Below, piece after piece: positions 12,681 through 26,525 of a stretch of 64,000 bases of DNA. The notes beneath the pieces were generated by a model that was not told the origin of the DNA, did no database searches, and was given only the letters and a program-made list of their open reading frames with translations. The stretch is taken from assembly GCF_009914755.1 (NCBI RefSeq), contig NC_060947.1; one strand, 5' to 3'. The stretch is from the human T2T-CHM13v2.0 reference genome, Homo sapiens. Both the position numbers and the translations under genes were made by a program. Numbering within the stretch: the first letter of the stretch is position 1; each line of letters starts with the position of its first letter.

Positions 12681-15600
12681 TGGAAGAGGAAAAAGAAGAA
12701 CAAACTAAACCAAAAGTTAGCAGAGGGAAAACAATAATAAATATCAAAACAGAAATAAATCAAATGGAGAATAGAAAAACCACAGGAAAAGTCAATAAAA
12801 CTAGATTTCTTTTACTTTAAAAAGTAAACAAAATAAACCAACCCTTAGCAAGACTAATAATCAAATACAATGAGGAATAAAAATGGAAACGTTACAACAG
12901 ATGCTTCAGAAATAAGATTCTAAAGGGACTATTATATGCCAACAAATTGGATAACCTAGATGAAATGGATAAATTCCTTTAAAAGTACAATCTGTGTAGA
13001 TTGAATCAAGAACAAATAGGAAGCATAAACAGACTAATAATAAATAAATTGAAAGAGAAATTAAAAACTTATCTACAAAGAAAAGCCCAGGACCAGATGG
13101 TTTCATGGCTGAATACTACCAAACATTCAAAGAACAATTAATAGAAATACTTCATAAACCCTTTACAAATAGAGCTAGAGGTTATATTTCCTAACACATT
13201 TTAGGAGGCCAGCATCACTTTGATACCTAAGCCAGATGAAAATACTGCAAGAAATGGAAACTATAAGCCAACATCTCTGAAGAACTTTGATGCAAAAATC
13301 TCCAGTAAAATACTAAGAAACAAAATTCAACAACAGATCAAAAAGATTATGCATCATGACCAAGTGAGATTTATTCCTGGCATGCAAGTCTTGTTTAACA
13401 TACACAGTTCAATCAATGTGATGCATCACATTAACAAACTGAAAGATAAAAACCACATGATTTCAACTGATGCAGAAAAAGCATTCAACAAAGTTCAACA
13501 TCATTTCTTAATAAGCACTCTCAACTGTTTAGGTATGGAAGGAAAATTCCTCAACATAGGAAAAACCACTTATGAAAAATTCACAGCTAACATTAAAATC
13601 AATGGGGAAAACTGAAAGCTTTTCCACTAAGATCCAGGACAAGGCAAGGATTCCCACTCTCACCATTTCTATTCTTGTTAGAATTGGAAGTACTAACGAG
13701 AGCAATCAAACAAGAAAAAGAGATATCCAAATCCAAAAGGAAGAAGTAAAATTATCTACATTTGCAGATGACATGAGTCTACATATACAAAATTCCAAAG
13801 ACTCCACCAAAGAACCTGTTAGAACTAATAAATGAATTCAGTAAGGTTGCAAGATACAAAATCAACACACACAAATTGGTAGCATTTCTATACACAAGTT
13901 GGTAGCATTTCTATACACAAATAACAACCTAACCAAAACAAAAAACAAGAAAACAATCCCATTTATGAAAGTATCAAAAAATGGTAGAAACAAATTTAAC
14001 CAAGAAAATGAAAGGCCTGTACACTGAAAACTGTAAAACATTGATGAAAGAAATTTAGGAACTCATAAATAAATAGAAAAATATCTCATGCTCATGGATT
14101 AGAAGAATTAATACTGTTAAAGTGCCCATACTACCCAAAGCAATACACATATTCAATGCAATCTCAATCAATATCCTGGTGGCATTCTTCACAGAAATAG
14201 AAAAACAAATCCTAAAATTCAAATGGAAACTCAAAAGACCCCAAATAGCGAAAGTAATTCTGAGATAGAAAAAAAAGTTAGAGTCATAACACTTCCTGAT
14301 TTCCAATTTTATTTACAATGCTACAATAATAAAAACAGTGAAACTGGCATAAAATAGACACATAGACCAGAGGAACAGAATACAGAGCCCAGTAATAAAT
14401 CCAAACTTATATTGTCAACTAATTTTTGACAAAGGAACTAAGAATACACAATGGTGAAAGGATAATCTCTTAAATAAGTGGTGTTAGAAAACTGGATTTC
14501 CGCATGCAAAAGAATAAAATTGAACCCTTACTCCATACCAAAGTTTAACTCAAAATGGACAAAAGACCTAAATATAATACCTGAAACCATAAAACTCCTA
14601 GAAGAAAACATAGGTGCAGATATACAACTTTTTTTGGATATGACACCAAAAGCTTAGTATACCAAATAAAAAAACAAATAAATAGAACTACATCAGACTA
14701 AAAAGCTTCTGCATAGCAAAGGAAACAATTAACAAAATGAAAATGCAACCTGTGGATTGGGGAAAAATATTTGCAACCTGTATACATGATAAGGAGTCAA
14801 TATCCAATGTATAAGGAACTCATAAATCACAATATAAAGAAAACATATAATCCAAGTGAAAAATGGGCAAAAGACCCAAATAGACATTTCTCAAACAAAG
14901 ACACACAAATGAAAAACAAGTATCTGAAAAGTTGTTAAACATCATTAGTCATCAGGGAAGTGGAAATCAAAATCACTATGAGATATTACCTCACACCCAT
15001 TAGGATAGTTACTACCAAAAGGCAAAATAAAACAAGTGTTGAAGATCCTATGGAGAAAAGAGAACCCTTATACAATGTGGTAGGAATGTAGATTGGTGCA
15101 GTCATTATGGAAAACAGTATGGGGATTCCTTAAAAAATTAAAAATAAAACTACTGGATGATCCAGCAATCCCTCTTGTGTGTATATACCCAAGGGAAATG
15201 AAATTCTGACCTCATGGAGATAGCTGCACTCCCATGCTCATTGCAGCATTATTCACAATAGCCAAGATATAGAAACAACCTAAGTGTCCATTGACAGATG
15301 AATGGTTAAGGAAACTGGGGTGTTTATATACAATGGAATATTATTCAGCCTTATAAAAGAAGGGGATCATGTCATTTGCCACAATGTAGAATAGACCTGG
15401 AGGACATTATGGTAAATGAAGTATGCCAGATACAGAAATAAAATCACTGCATGATGTGACTTATATATGAAGTCTTTTAAAAATGCAAATATACAGAGAT
15501 AGAGAATAGAACAATGATTACCAAGAGCAGGGTCAATATTGGGGAGAAAATGGAAGATGTAGATCAAAGTATACAAATAACAGATATGTAGGATGAACAC

Positions 15601-15820
15601 TCTAGAAATCTCATGTACAACATGAGGGCTATATTTAATAATAGTGAATTGAATTCAGGATTTTTACTAAATGAGTAGATTGTGCAGCTGCCCTTGATGC
15701 ACACAAAAATGGGTAACAGAAAGATGACGGATATGTTAATTTGATTCACTATTATAACAATTTTGTTATTTGTCTAATAACATCATGTTGTATACTTTAA
15801 ATGTACACAGTAAAATTTAT
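12681..15820 (+). mobile_element. L1MA/L1MB, 5'-truncated ORF2 plus 3'UTR
   Basis: RT remnants in ORFs 13220-13615 ([15 protein letters not shown]) and 13572-13835 (FADDM); full 3'UTR. Confidence 0.9.
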
Positions 15821-15949
15821 GTTAAAAATTTGTGTATTTTATCTTAGGCAAATTATACTTCAATCAAGTTTATTTAATAAAAAGAAAAACAGAAAAAAAA
15901 GCAAAATCCACCATTGGCATTTAGATGTATACATATTGGCCTGTTTACT

Positions 15950-17030
15950 ATGCACATGCATAAAGATATATATGTATTTTAAAAGCATAGGACTATACCT
16001 GCTATTTTAAATTTGATTTTTCACTTAATTAATGAAATATATCTGTGTACTCCAAATAATATAAATTGACACAATCTTTTTAATGGTTATATAATATTCC
16101 ATTGTACATATACACTACATTGTATTCAGTGGATCACCTATGGCTGACATTTGTTCACAATATTTCAATATTATATACAAAACTGGGATGATAATCCTTG
16201 TGCATGTATCCTTGCAACGTTATTTTATTATTTTCTCATAATATATTATTGTAAATTATTTCTAGGTAAAATCCTGTCCTTTTACATAGGGCTTTTGATG
16301 CATATTGTGAAATATCCTTCCAGAAAGCGTTATACCAACTTATATTCTCATAAGAAATATATGAATGTGCCCATTTCTACATATTCAATCATCCTTGAGT
16401 ATTTCTATATTTTTCATGGCTAAACTGATGTGTGAGAAGTGGTTTTCTTATAGTTATTTTAAATTATATTTGTTTGAATAGTGAGGATAAATATTAGTCA
16501 GTTTCATCCAGAGAAACAGAATATATATATATGAAAAAATCTATTTTATATATATATGAAAAAATCTATTATAAGGTAATAAATTGCCTCATGCAATTAT
16601 GGAGGCTGAGAAGTCTTGTAATCTACTATCTGCAAGCTGGAGACCCAGGAAAACTGACGTTGCAGTGTTTAAAGGCCTGAGAGGTGAACAGACAATGGAA
16701 TAGATTCCCATCCTTGTTTGAATGCCTGAGAAACAAAAGTTTATATTTTTATACAAAATAACTATTTTTATATTAAAATCATTAACCCTTTTTGTGTCAT
16801 GCATATTTCAAATATTTTTCCTAATTAGTTGTTTATCTTGTCTCTTGTCTTTTGTCATATGGAAGCTTTTAATTTTATGTTCTACTTATAATTTATATTG
16901 TAGATGTTAAATTTTGTTCTATTTATAATTTTGTTCTATTTCTAATTTCTATTTTCTAATTTCTATTATAGTTTACATTATTTTCTATATAATATGTTCT
17001 ATTATAATTTTATATTATATTGTAGATGTT
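15950..17030 (-). mobile_element. Old L1ME-type 3' fragment (interrupted by MLT2)
   Basis: taatattccattgtacata, tataccaacttatattctca antisense L1 motifs. Confidence 0.6.
16491..16735 (-). mobile_element. MLT2 (ERVL) LTR fragment
   Basis: tattagtcag...ccagagaaacagaa...attatggaggctgagaagtc...tgcaagctggagacccaggaaa. Confidence 0.8.
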
Positions 17031-17099
17031 AAATTTTGTATGGCAAACAGGGGCCAGGTTTTATCTTGTCTTTTTCACAATACTTTGTGGTGCATTCAT

Positions 17100-17217
17100 T
17101 TGACACTTATAAAATGTAAGAGTGCCTGACACTATAAAAGTTGAGCACTAAAAACAGTGCCTGTCATATCCGAAGTGCTCAATAAATTTTAGTTACTGTT
17201 ATTATTGTTATCATTAT
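17100..17217 (+). mobile_element. MIR 3' fragment
   Basis: aacagtgcctgtcata...gtgctcaataaattttagttactgttatt. Confidence 0.55.
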
Positions 17218-17663
17218 TGTGATGGTTGGGAATGCCCAGATAGCTGATAAAACATTATTTCTGGCCATGTCTGTGAGGATATTTCTGCAGGGGATTAGAA
17301 TAAAATTTTTGGACTGAGTAAAGAAGATCCTCCTCCACCAATATGGGCTAGCATCATCCAATCTGTTGAGAGCGTGAATGAAACAAAAGGCAGAGGAAGG
17401 ATGAATTATCTCTCTCTCTTCTTGAGGTGGGACATATTTTTTTCTCCTGTCTTTGGACACTGGAGATCTTGGTTATTGAGCCTTAGGACTCCAGGACTTA
17501 CAACCCCCTGCCCCAGTTTCTCAAGGCTTTGGCATTGGACTAAGAATTACACTTATCAGCTACCCTGGTTCTCCAGTTTGCAGACAGCAGATCATGGGAC
17601 TTCTTGGGCTCCAACATCACGTGAGCCAATTCCCATAATCGCTCTCTGTCTCTCTCTCTCTCT

Positions 17664-17741
<78 letters not shown>

Positions 17742-17821
17742 GTGTGTGTGTATGTGTGTAGATATAGGGATATATATAGATAGCCTATTGGTTATGTTTC
17801 TATAGAAAATCCTGACTAGCA
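17218..17821 (+). mobile_element. MLT2 (ERVL) solo LTR
   Basis: Starts tgtgatggtt, ends cctattggttatgtttctatagaaaatcctgactagca; internal microsatellite typical of MLT2. Confidence 0.88.
17643..17780. repeat. Compound microsatellite (CT)n(AT)n(GT)n
   Basis: Directly visible. Confidence 0.95.
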
Positions 17822-18021
17822 AAATTATTAAATTAAAAAGTGAGTCTGATGACCTGGGAAATGGGATAGTCACATCAAGTACAATAGCCTTCATTATGTG
17901 GCCTTTGGCCTGAAAGAAATATAAAGTTTACCTCATCCAAACATCAACCATTGACTCCTTTTTGAATATTTTACAGGAAGAATGAGTAGCTTGATCTTTG
18001 AGGGCTGATATAAATTATTCC

Positions 18022-18109
18022 TCAAGTCTAGTTGTCCTTCTTCTTGCTTACAAACCTAATCTGAATCAAGTCTAATTGTCCTTCTTCTTGCTTACAAACC
18101 TAATCTGAA
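18022..18109. repeat. 44-bp tandem duplication
   Basis: tcaagtcta(g/a)ttgtccttcttcttgcttacaaacctaatctgaa twice, one mismatch. Confidence 0.95.
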
Positions 18110-21088
18110 TCTGCCTGTAAATATGATAATTTAAAGGAAATGTTTTGCTAATAAAATGTCTTAATAGTTGAGCCTGAGTGTGATGAGAAAACTTTCAAAC
18201 ATCCTGTATTTCCAGCTCCTATAGCTGCAGGCATCATACTGAATGAAAATAAACAGAGATGGTAATGATGCCATCAACAGGAACCTGCAGTGGTTGCCAA
18301 GCAGCTGAAGGAATCCAAGAACAGACTGATGCCAGGTAAAGGGAAATTGTCTCAGCTCAGGAATAGTAGCATGTGATTAAAGTAGGTGAGAAATGGACCC
18401 AGTTGAAGATAAAATAGATGCAATTGGCCATCTCTCTCTAGGAGGACAAATGATAGGTAGAGATGGGTCTTTATCATGGTCATATTTGTACCTCAGCCAA
18501 ATTATATACAGATGTTTAAAGCACCTAGAGTATATGAGTTTGGAGTGTTGTATAATAAATATAGCATATTAACAGTCAATTCATTGGTTTTATGAATGAG
18601 ATTTAGGTAAAAGTAACACTGAAAATTGATGTCTGAACTTAATATGGTGTTGCAGCTTTTAATTATAATCACAAGCTATCTCTTACCTGGATCAACGAGA
18701 AGAAACTTTAAAGGAATTCATCAAAGACTAATAAATTTTGCATGAAAATTGAGGCATGTACTTTATTGCTTATAATATTGATGCTTTTAGTGGGTTGTAC
18801 AAATGTAGGCTTTTAATTACAACAGAAAAAAATCACATAATAATTTTTTTGAAACTACCGTCTATTGGTAATGTTGCCCCTATGGTTTATTGCAGAATCT
18901 AACCTGGCTGATGGTGGGTCAGAATGCCCCCATAGCCTCAGTCCTGATGTAAAAAACATGGCATAATAGGACTTTCCAGTGCTTATCTCCATGCAGAAAT
19001 ATCCATTTGAATAACTTGACACAAGCAAAAATATCACCACAATACCTAGGAAACCACATGAAAGATTACCTGGGTGTACCACAGAAATAAAAGACAAAAG
19101 ATGCATTGAAGTGGGTAGGAAGGACACTTTTACCTTACCCACATCATCGCTCCCTCAACCCAAAGCAGCACAGTATGAAGAAGGGTACCATCCACTTGTG
19201 GGAAGGAAAGAGAAGTGAGCATCATATTTCCCCCCAGACCCGCACCATTGGGCCCACCCCGGGAAAGCCCAGCATCAGGCAGGCACCCAGGGCCCCAGAC
19301 TCCAGGTAGGTATTCATAGACTGAGATTCCAGACCTGTCCTGATGCCAGGCAAGATACCACAGCTCCAGGCTGCAGATCTGCCCTGTAGACTCAGTCTCC
19401 AAACTTGACCCACCACCAGGCCAAACCCAGCAGTCTCAGGCTCAGCTACAGCAGCCACAGGCATTTGACTGGCCCCAGTGACAACCCTGTTCCCAAATAC
19501 TCAGGCTGCAGGTGGCAGAGTAATCTGCCGATTCAGTCTGTAGACCCACCCCAGGTCTTCCTCCAGCACAGGGATGGTCCCGAAGGCCTCAGGCTTTAGG
19601 CCTGTCCCAATACCAGGTTGGCCTCTGCAGTCCTAGTCATCAAGCTGGCATGTAAGAACCCGGTCTCCAGCCTGACCCCTATAGATACAGGCTCCAGGTA
19701 CACTCATTGCCAGCCAATCCCTGCAGCCCCAAGACTCTAGGTGCACCTTAAGCACCAGACCAGCTCATAGCTAGGTAGACTCACACAGCCCCAGGGTTCA
19801 GCATGCCTAGCCTCAGGTACCGCAACAGCACACATAGACACAGGCTCCAGGCCTATTCTGTACCATCCTGGTCCAGGCGGCTCCACACTTTGTACCAACT
19901 CCTGTGGCCCCATGCTTTATCAGACATACGGTCCAGGTCTGTCTCAGTAGACCAAAGCACAAGGCTAAGCTCCATAAACTGAGGTTCCAGGATGACCCCT
20001 GCACACCCAAACTCCAGACTAGCCCTTGTGAACTCAGAATCCATGCCCAACCTTGCAGATGAAGGCTCCAGACCCATCCCAGTGCCTGGCTGACCCCTGC
20101 AGACTCAGGCTCACGGCTTACCCCAGTACCAGATCAGCTCCTGTGGACCTAGTGTTCGGTTTGGCTCTCATGAACACAATGCAGGTTCCAGGTCCACCCT
20201 TATAGACCTAGACTCTAAGCTCACACCCATGGACTCAATCAACAGTTCCATTCCAGTGGATAAGGGCTCCTAGCTCAAGCCACAAACCCAGGACCCATGT
20301 CTGTCCATTTGCTGATCCCAGCACCAGGCCAGCTTGTTTAAGGACTCTGGTAGCAAGGCTGCCCACAGACCAGATGTCTTTCCCAGAATCTCTGGAAAGG
20401 CTGACTAGTGAATGGACTTCCCAGACAAAGCCAGTCTGCCAAGACTGAAATAAGTTCCTACTTCTTCAAAGCACAGACACCAACACATGACCATAAGGAC
20501 CAAGAACAATCAAGGAAAAAGAAAAACACAAAAGGAACAAAAGAACGCATATATAACCAATGCTAAAGAAGTGGAAATTTATAAACTTCCTGACAAAGTA
20601 TTCAAAATAATTGTTTTAAGGAAGCTCAGCAAACCTCCAGAAAATACAAAAAAAAATTTGAGAAAATTAGGACAACGGTATGTGACTAAAACTAGAAATT
20701 TAACACAGATTGAAACTGTAAAGCCATCCCCAGAAATTCTTGAGCTAAAAATTTAATGAACAAAATGAAAAATGCAATGGAAAACATCAACAGCAGAATT
20801 GATCAAGCAGAATAATGAATCGGTGATTTTAGAGACAGGTTATTTGAAAATATTCAGTTAGAGAAAACAAAGAAAAAAGAATGAATAAACCATATGGGAT
20901 TTATTGGACAGCATTGAAAAAGCAAATATTTAAGGTATAGAATGTAAAGAAAGAGAAGAGAGAAACAAGGAGGTAGAAAGTTTATTTAAAGAAATAATAG
21001 CAGAAATCTGGAATTTGGATGTAAATATCCAGGCACAGAAAGGTCAAAGGTTTACATGCATATTCATTCCAAATAATACTACAAAAAG

Positions 21089-23334
21089 TGATATGGTTTG
21101 GCTGTGTCCCCACTCAAATATCATCTTGAATTGTAGTTCCCATAATTCCCACATGTTGTGGGAAGGACCTGGTGGGAGGTAATTGAATCATGGGGATGAG
21201 TCTTTTCACTGGTGCTCTAGTGATAGTGAATAACTCTCATGAAATCTGCTGGTTTTATAAAGGGGAGTTTCCCTGGACACAGTCTCTTGCCTGGCACCGT
21301 GTAAGATGTAACTTTGCTCCTCATTCACCTTCTGCCATGATTGTGAGGCCTCCCCAGCCATGTGGAGCTGTGAGTCAATTAAACCTTTTTCCTTGATAAA
21401 TTACCCAACCTTGGGTATGTCTTTATTAGTATCATGAGAACAGACTAATATGGTAAATTGGTACACATAGAGTGGGGTACTGCCATAAAGATATCCAAAA
21501 ATGTGGAAGTGACTTTGGAACTGGGTAACGGGCAGAGATTGGAACAGTATGGAGGGCTCAGAAGAAGACAGGAAAATGTGGGAAAGTTTGAAAATTCCTA
21601 GAGACTTGTTGAATGGCTTTGACCAAAATGCTTATAGTGACATGAACAACAAGGTCCAGGCTGAGGTGGTCTCAAATGGAGATTTGGAATTTGTTGGGAA
21701 CTGGAGTAAATGTCACTCTTGCTATGCAAAGAGAGTGGCAGAATTTTGCCCCTGCTCCAGAGATCCGTGGAACTTTGAACTTGAGAGAGATGATTTAGGG
21801 TATCTGGGGGAAGAAGTTTCTAAGTGGTGAAGCATTCAAGAGGAAGCAGAGCATAAAAGTTTGGAAAATTTGCAGGCTGATGATGCAATAAAAAAGAAAA
21901 AAACCATTTTCTGGGAGAAGTTCAAGCCAGCTGCAGAAATTTGCATAAGTAACAAGGAGCCAAATGCTAATTGCCAAGACAATGGGGAAAATGTCTCCAG
22001 AGCATGTCAGAGGTCTTCACATCAGCCCCCCCCCATTACAGGCCTGGAGGCCTAGGAGGGAAAAATGGTTTCCTGGGCCTGGTCCAGGGCCACCTTGCTG
22101 TGAGCAGCCTTGGGACTTTGTACCCTGCATCCCAACTTCAGCTCCAGCCATGGCTAAAAGGGGCCAAGGTACAGCTTCAGCCATGGCTTCAGGAGGTGCA
22201 AGTTCTTAGCCTTGGCAGTTTCCACATGGTGTTAAGCCTGCAGGTGCACAGAAGTCAAGAACTGAGGTTTGAGAGCCTCTGCCTACATTTCAGAGGATGT
22301 ATGGAAATGCATGGATTTCCAGACAGAAGTTTGCTGTTGGGGAAGGAGGGGAGCCCTCATGGAGAACCCTGCTAGGACAGTGCTTAAGGGAAATGTGGGG
22401 TTGGAGAGTCCTCACTGGGGCACTGCCTAGTGGAGCTGTGAGAAAAAGGCCATCATCCTACAGACCCCAGAACAGCAGATCCACTAACAGCTTTCACCAT
22501 GTGCCTGGAAAAGCCATAGATAATGCCAGCCCATGAAAGCAGCCAGGAGGGGAGCTATAGGTGGTGCTGAATAAGGCCATGGGAAACCACCTCTTGCATC
22601 AGTGTGACCTAGGTGTGACAGACATGGAGTCAAAGGAGATGATAATTTTGGAACTTTAAGGTTTAATAATTCCCCTATTAGATTTTGGACTTGCATGGGG
22701 CCTGTAGCCCTTTTATTTTGGACAATTTCTCCCATTTGGAATGGGTGTATTTACCCAATGCCTGTACCTTCATTGTATCTAGGAAGTAACTAACTTGCTT
22801 TTGATTTTACAGGCTCATAGGTGGAAGGGAATTGCCTTGTCTCAGATGAGACTTTGGACTGTAGAGTTTTGAGTTAATGCTGAAATGAGTTAATACTTTG
22901 GGGGACTGTTGAAAGGCATGATTGGTTTTTAAATGTGAGGACATGATATTTGGGAGGTGCCAGAGGTGGAATGATATGCTTTGGTGGTGTCCCCACCTAA
23001 ATCTCATCTTGAATTGTAGCTCCCATAATTCCCACATGCCATGGGAGGGACCCAGTGAGAGGTAATTAAATCATGGGGGTGGGTCTTTCCCATGCTGTTC
23101 TCATGATAGTGAATAAGTCTCATGAAATCTGATGGTTTTATAAAGGGGAGTTCCCCTGCACATACTCTCTTACCTGCCACCACGTAAGACGTGACTTTGC
23201 TTCTCATTCACCTTCCACTATGATTTTGAGGCCTCCCCAGCATGTGGAACTGTGAGTCAATTAAACCTCTTTACTATATAAATTACCCATTCCCAGGTAT
23301 TTTCTTATTAGCAACATGAGAACAGACTAATACA
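21089..23334 (+). mobile_element. Complete THE1 (C/D-like) MaLR provirus: LTR 21089-21452, internal 21453-22971, LTR 22972-23334
   Basis: Both LTRs start tgatatg; the 3' LTR ends gactaataca; internal ORF remnants (MEGSEEDRKMWESL); host ORF1 contiguous across it; degenerate 5-bp flanks aaaag/tcaag. Confidence 0.95.
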
Positions 23335-26174
23335 TCAAGACACGTTAATCAAGCTGTCAAAAATCAAAGACAAGGAGAGGATCCTGAAAGCATCAAGAGT
23401 AATAAAGCACATGACATATAAAAGAGTTCTAGTAGGCTAGCAGCAGTCTTCTCAGCAAAAATTTTTAGACCAAAAGAGTGGTGTTATATATTTATAGGAT
23501 ATAAAGGGGTAAAAAACTGCCAAACAAGAACACTTTAGCCGGCAACACTGTCCTTCAGAAATGAAGGACAGATAAAGACTTTCCCTCACAAAGAAAAGCT
23601 GAGAGAATTCATCACAACCAGACTTGTCTTGCATGAAATGCTAAAAGGAAATCTTCAAACTGAAAGCAAAGGATACTAATGAGTATCATGAAAACATCCA
23701 AAAGTATAAAACTCACTAGAACAAGTAGATACACAGTCAAATTCAGAATACTTGAATACTGTAATGGTGTATAAATCACTTATATATTCAGTATAAAGGT
23801 TGAAGATAAAGCTATTAAAATATTTACAATACTGTGTTATAATATGTTCCACATAAGCCTCATGGTACTCACAAAGTCATAACCTATAGTAGAAACATAA
23901 AAGATAAAAATCAATGAGTCAAATCACACCACTAGAGAAAAATTACTTAGCCACAAAGAAAGACAGCAAGAGAGAAAGGAAAAAAACCCCAAAGTATCTA
24001 AAGAAATAATGAGAAAATAATTAGCAAACTGGTATGAGTAAGTTCTTACCTGCCAATAATTACCTTTAATTTAAATGGATTAAAATCTCTAACTAAAGAC
24101 ACTAAATGGCAGATTGGATTAATGAAAAACTAGAAACAAATATATGCTGCTTGCAGGAGACTCACTCTTCTGTAAGGTCACACATAGACTTAAGGTGAAG
24201 TAATAGAAAAAGGTATTCCATGCAAATGAAAATCAAAAAAGAGCAGAATACCTCTAAAAGTATAAAATGAGACAGAAAATGTTTATATAATCATATAAAG
24301 ATCAGTGCATCAAGAGGATATAAAAATTGTAAATATATATGCACCCAATATTGGAGCACCTAAATATACTAAGCAAAAATTAGTACTTCCAAAGAGAGAG
24401 AGAAATGATAATACAATAATACCAGGGCTTCACTACAGTACTTTCAGAAATGGACAGATTATTAAGACAGAAAATCAATAAGGAAATATTGGACTTAAAC
24501 CACACTTTAGACTAAATGGACATAACAGATATATACAGGACATTCCTTTCAACAGCAGCAGAATGCACATTCTTTGCACGTGCACATGGAAAATATGTTA
24601 GGCCACAAAATAACTCAACAAATTTAATCAAGTATCTTTTCCAACCATAGCAGTCTGAAAGTAGAAGTCAATAATGGGAGAAGTTTCAGAAAATATATAA
24701 ATACCTGAAAATTAAGCAACATCCTTCAGAACAACCAATGGGTCTAAAAATAAATTGAAAATGAAATTAAAATAACATCTTGATACAAGCAAAAATGGAT
24801 GTGCAAAATACCAAAACAAACTGGATGTAGCCAAAGCAGTTGTAAGAGGAAAGTTTATTGCAATAAATTCCCACATCCAAAAATAAAAAATATGCCAAAT
24901 AAACAAGCTAACATTAAAAAAACTCTAACATTACACCTCTGGAAACTGAAAAATACAAGAAATAACTAAGCCAAAAATTAGCAGATAGAAGGGAATAATA
25001 AAGATTATAGCAGGAATAAATGAAGTAGAGACTGGAAAAACAATAGAAAAGATCAACGAAAGCCAGAGTTGGTTTTTGGAAATATAAACAAAATTGATAA
25101 ACCTTTAGCTAGTCTGAAAAAGGAAAAAGAGTAAAAACTCAAATAAAATCAGAAATGAGAGAGGAGGCATTATAATTGTTTCCACAGAAATACAAAGGGT
25201 TATATAGAACTGCTATGAACAATTATATGCCAACAAATTGGAAAACTTAGAAGAAATGGATAAATTATGACACACATACAACTTGCAAAGATTGAATCAC
25301 AAAGAAATAAAAATCTGAACACACCAATAATGAGTAAGGAAATTAAATCACTAATAATAAGTCGCATGAAAGAAAAGCCTATGACTTAATAGCTTTACTT
25401 TTGAATTCTACCAAACATAAGTTAGTCCTGAACTAACACCAATCCTTCTCAGTCTTTGAAAAAATTGAAGAAGGAACACTTCCAAACTAACTTTACAAGG
25501 CCGGCATTACCCTTACTCAAAGCCAGATAAGAATGCTACATGAAAAAAAAAAGTATGAGCCAATATCCGTGATGGGCATAGATGCAAAAATCCTTGAAAA
25601 CAAATTACTAGCAAATTGAGTTCAACAGCACATTAAAGTTCATTCACTATGATCAAGTGGGATTTATGTCTGGGATGCAAGGATGGCTTGACATATGCAG
25701 ATCAATAAATGTGATGCACCAACCACATTAACAGAATGAAAGATAAAAACTATATGATCATCTCACAAGATGCAGAAAAAAAAAATTGACAAAATTCAAC
25801 ATCCTTTCATGATAAAAACCTCTAACAAATTAGGTTTAGAAGAAATGTTCCTCAACACAATAAAGACCATATGAAACAAGCCCATGGCTACCATCATACT
25901 CAATGGTGAATACATGGAAAGTTTTCCTCTAAGATCAGAAACAAGACAAGGATATTCACTCTCACTACTTCTATCCAACATAGTACTGAAAGTCTTGGCC
26001 AGTGAAATTAGGCAAGAGGAAGAAATAAGTTTAAATTGGAAAGAAGTGAAATTTTCCCTGTTTGGTGATGACATCATCACATATATGGAAAACCCTTAAA
26101 ACCTGTTAAAACTACAACAAATTCAGTGAGGGTACAACGTACAAAATCCACATACAAAAATCAGTAGCATTTCT

Positions 26175-26525
26175 TCAATCTCATTCAGGTAGCTGCAAAT
26201 GTCATTAATTCATTCCCTTTTATGGCTGAGATTATATATATATATATATTCCTAAGCTATGGAAATAGTATATATATATATATATATACACACACCACTC
26301 TTTCCTAAGCTATGGAGATGCAAAGGCATAAGAATGCCACAATGGACTTTGGGGACTTGGGGGGAAGGGTGGGAAGGGAGGAGTGATAAAAGACTATAAA
26401 GAGTGTGTAGTGTATTCTGCTCCAGTGATGGGTGCACCAAAATCTCACAAATCACCACTAAATAATTTACTCATGTAACCAAATAACACTTGTTCCCCAG
26501 TAACCTATGGAAATAAAAAAAAATT
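26175..26525 (+). mobile_element. Short L1PB 3' end with 5' inversion
   Basis: Antisense L1 piece about 26175-26303, then sense 3'UTR and A tail; TSD aaaaatca(g/c)tagcatttct at 26156-26174 and 26526-26544. Confidence 0.88.

Noticed and set aside
17374-17894. ORFs with LSLSLS/IYIYIY/ERERER runs
   Set aside because: Translations of a dinucleotide microsatellite inside an MLT2 LTR.
18915-18950. TSD for the outer L1MA (cccata here and near 42808)
   Set aside because: Only a 6-bp match next to a microsatellite; too weak to call.
19240-20350. CRISPR-like array or CpG-island gene promoter
   Set aside because: Units are contiguous and degenerate with no spacers, CpG-depleted, and lie in an L1 5'UTR of a primate genome.
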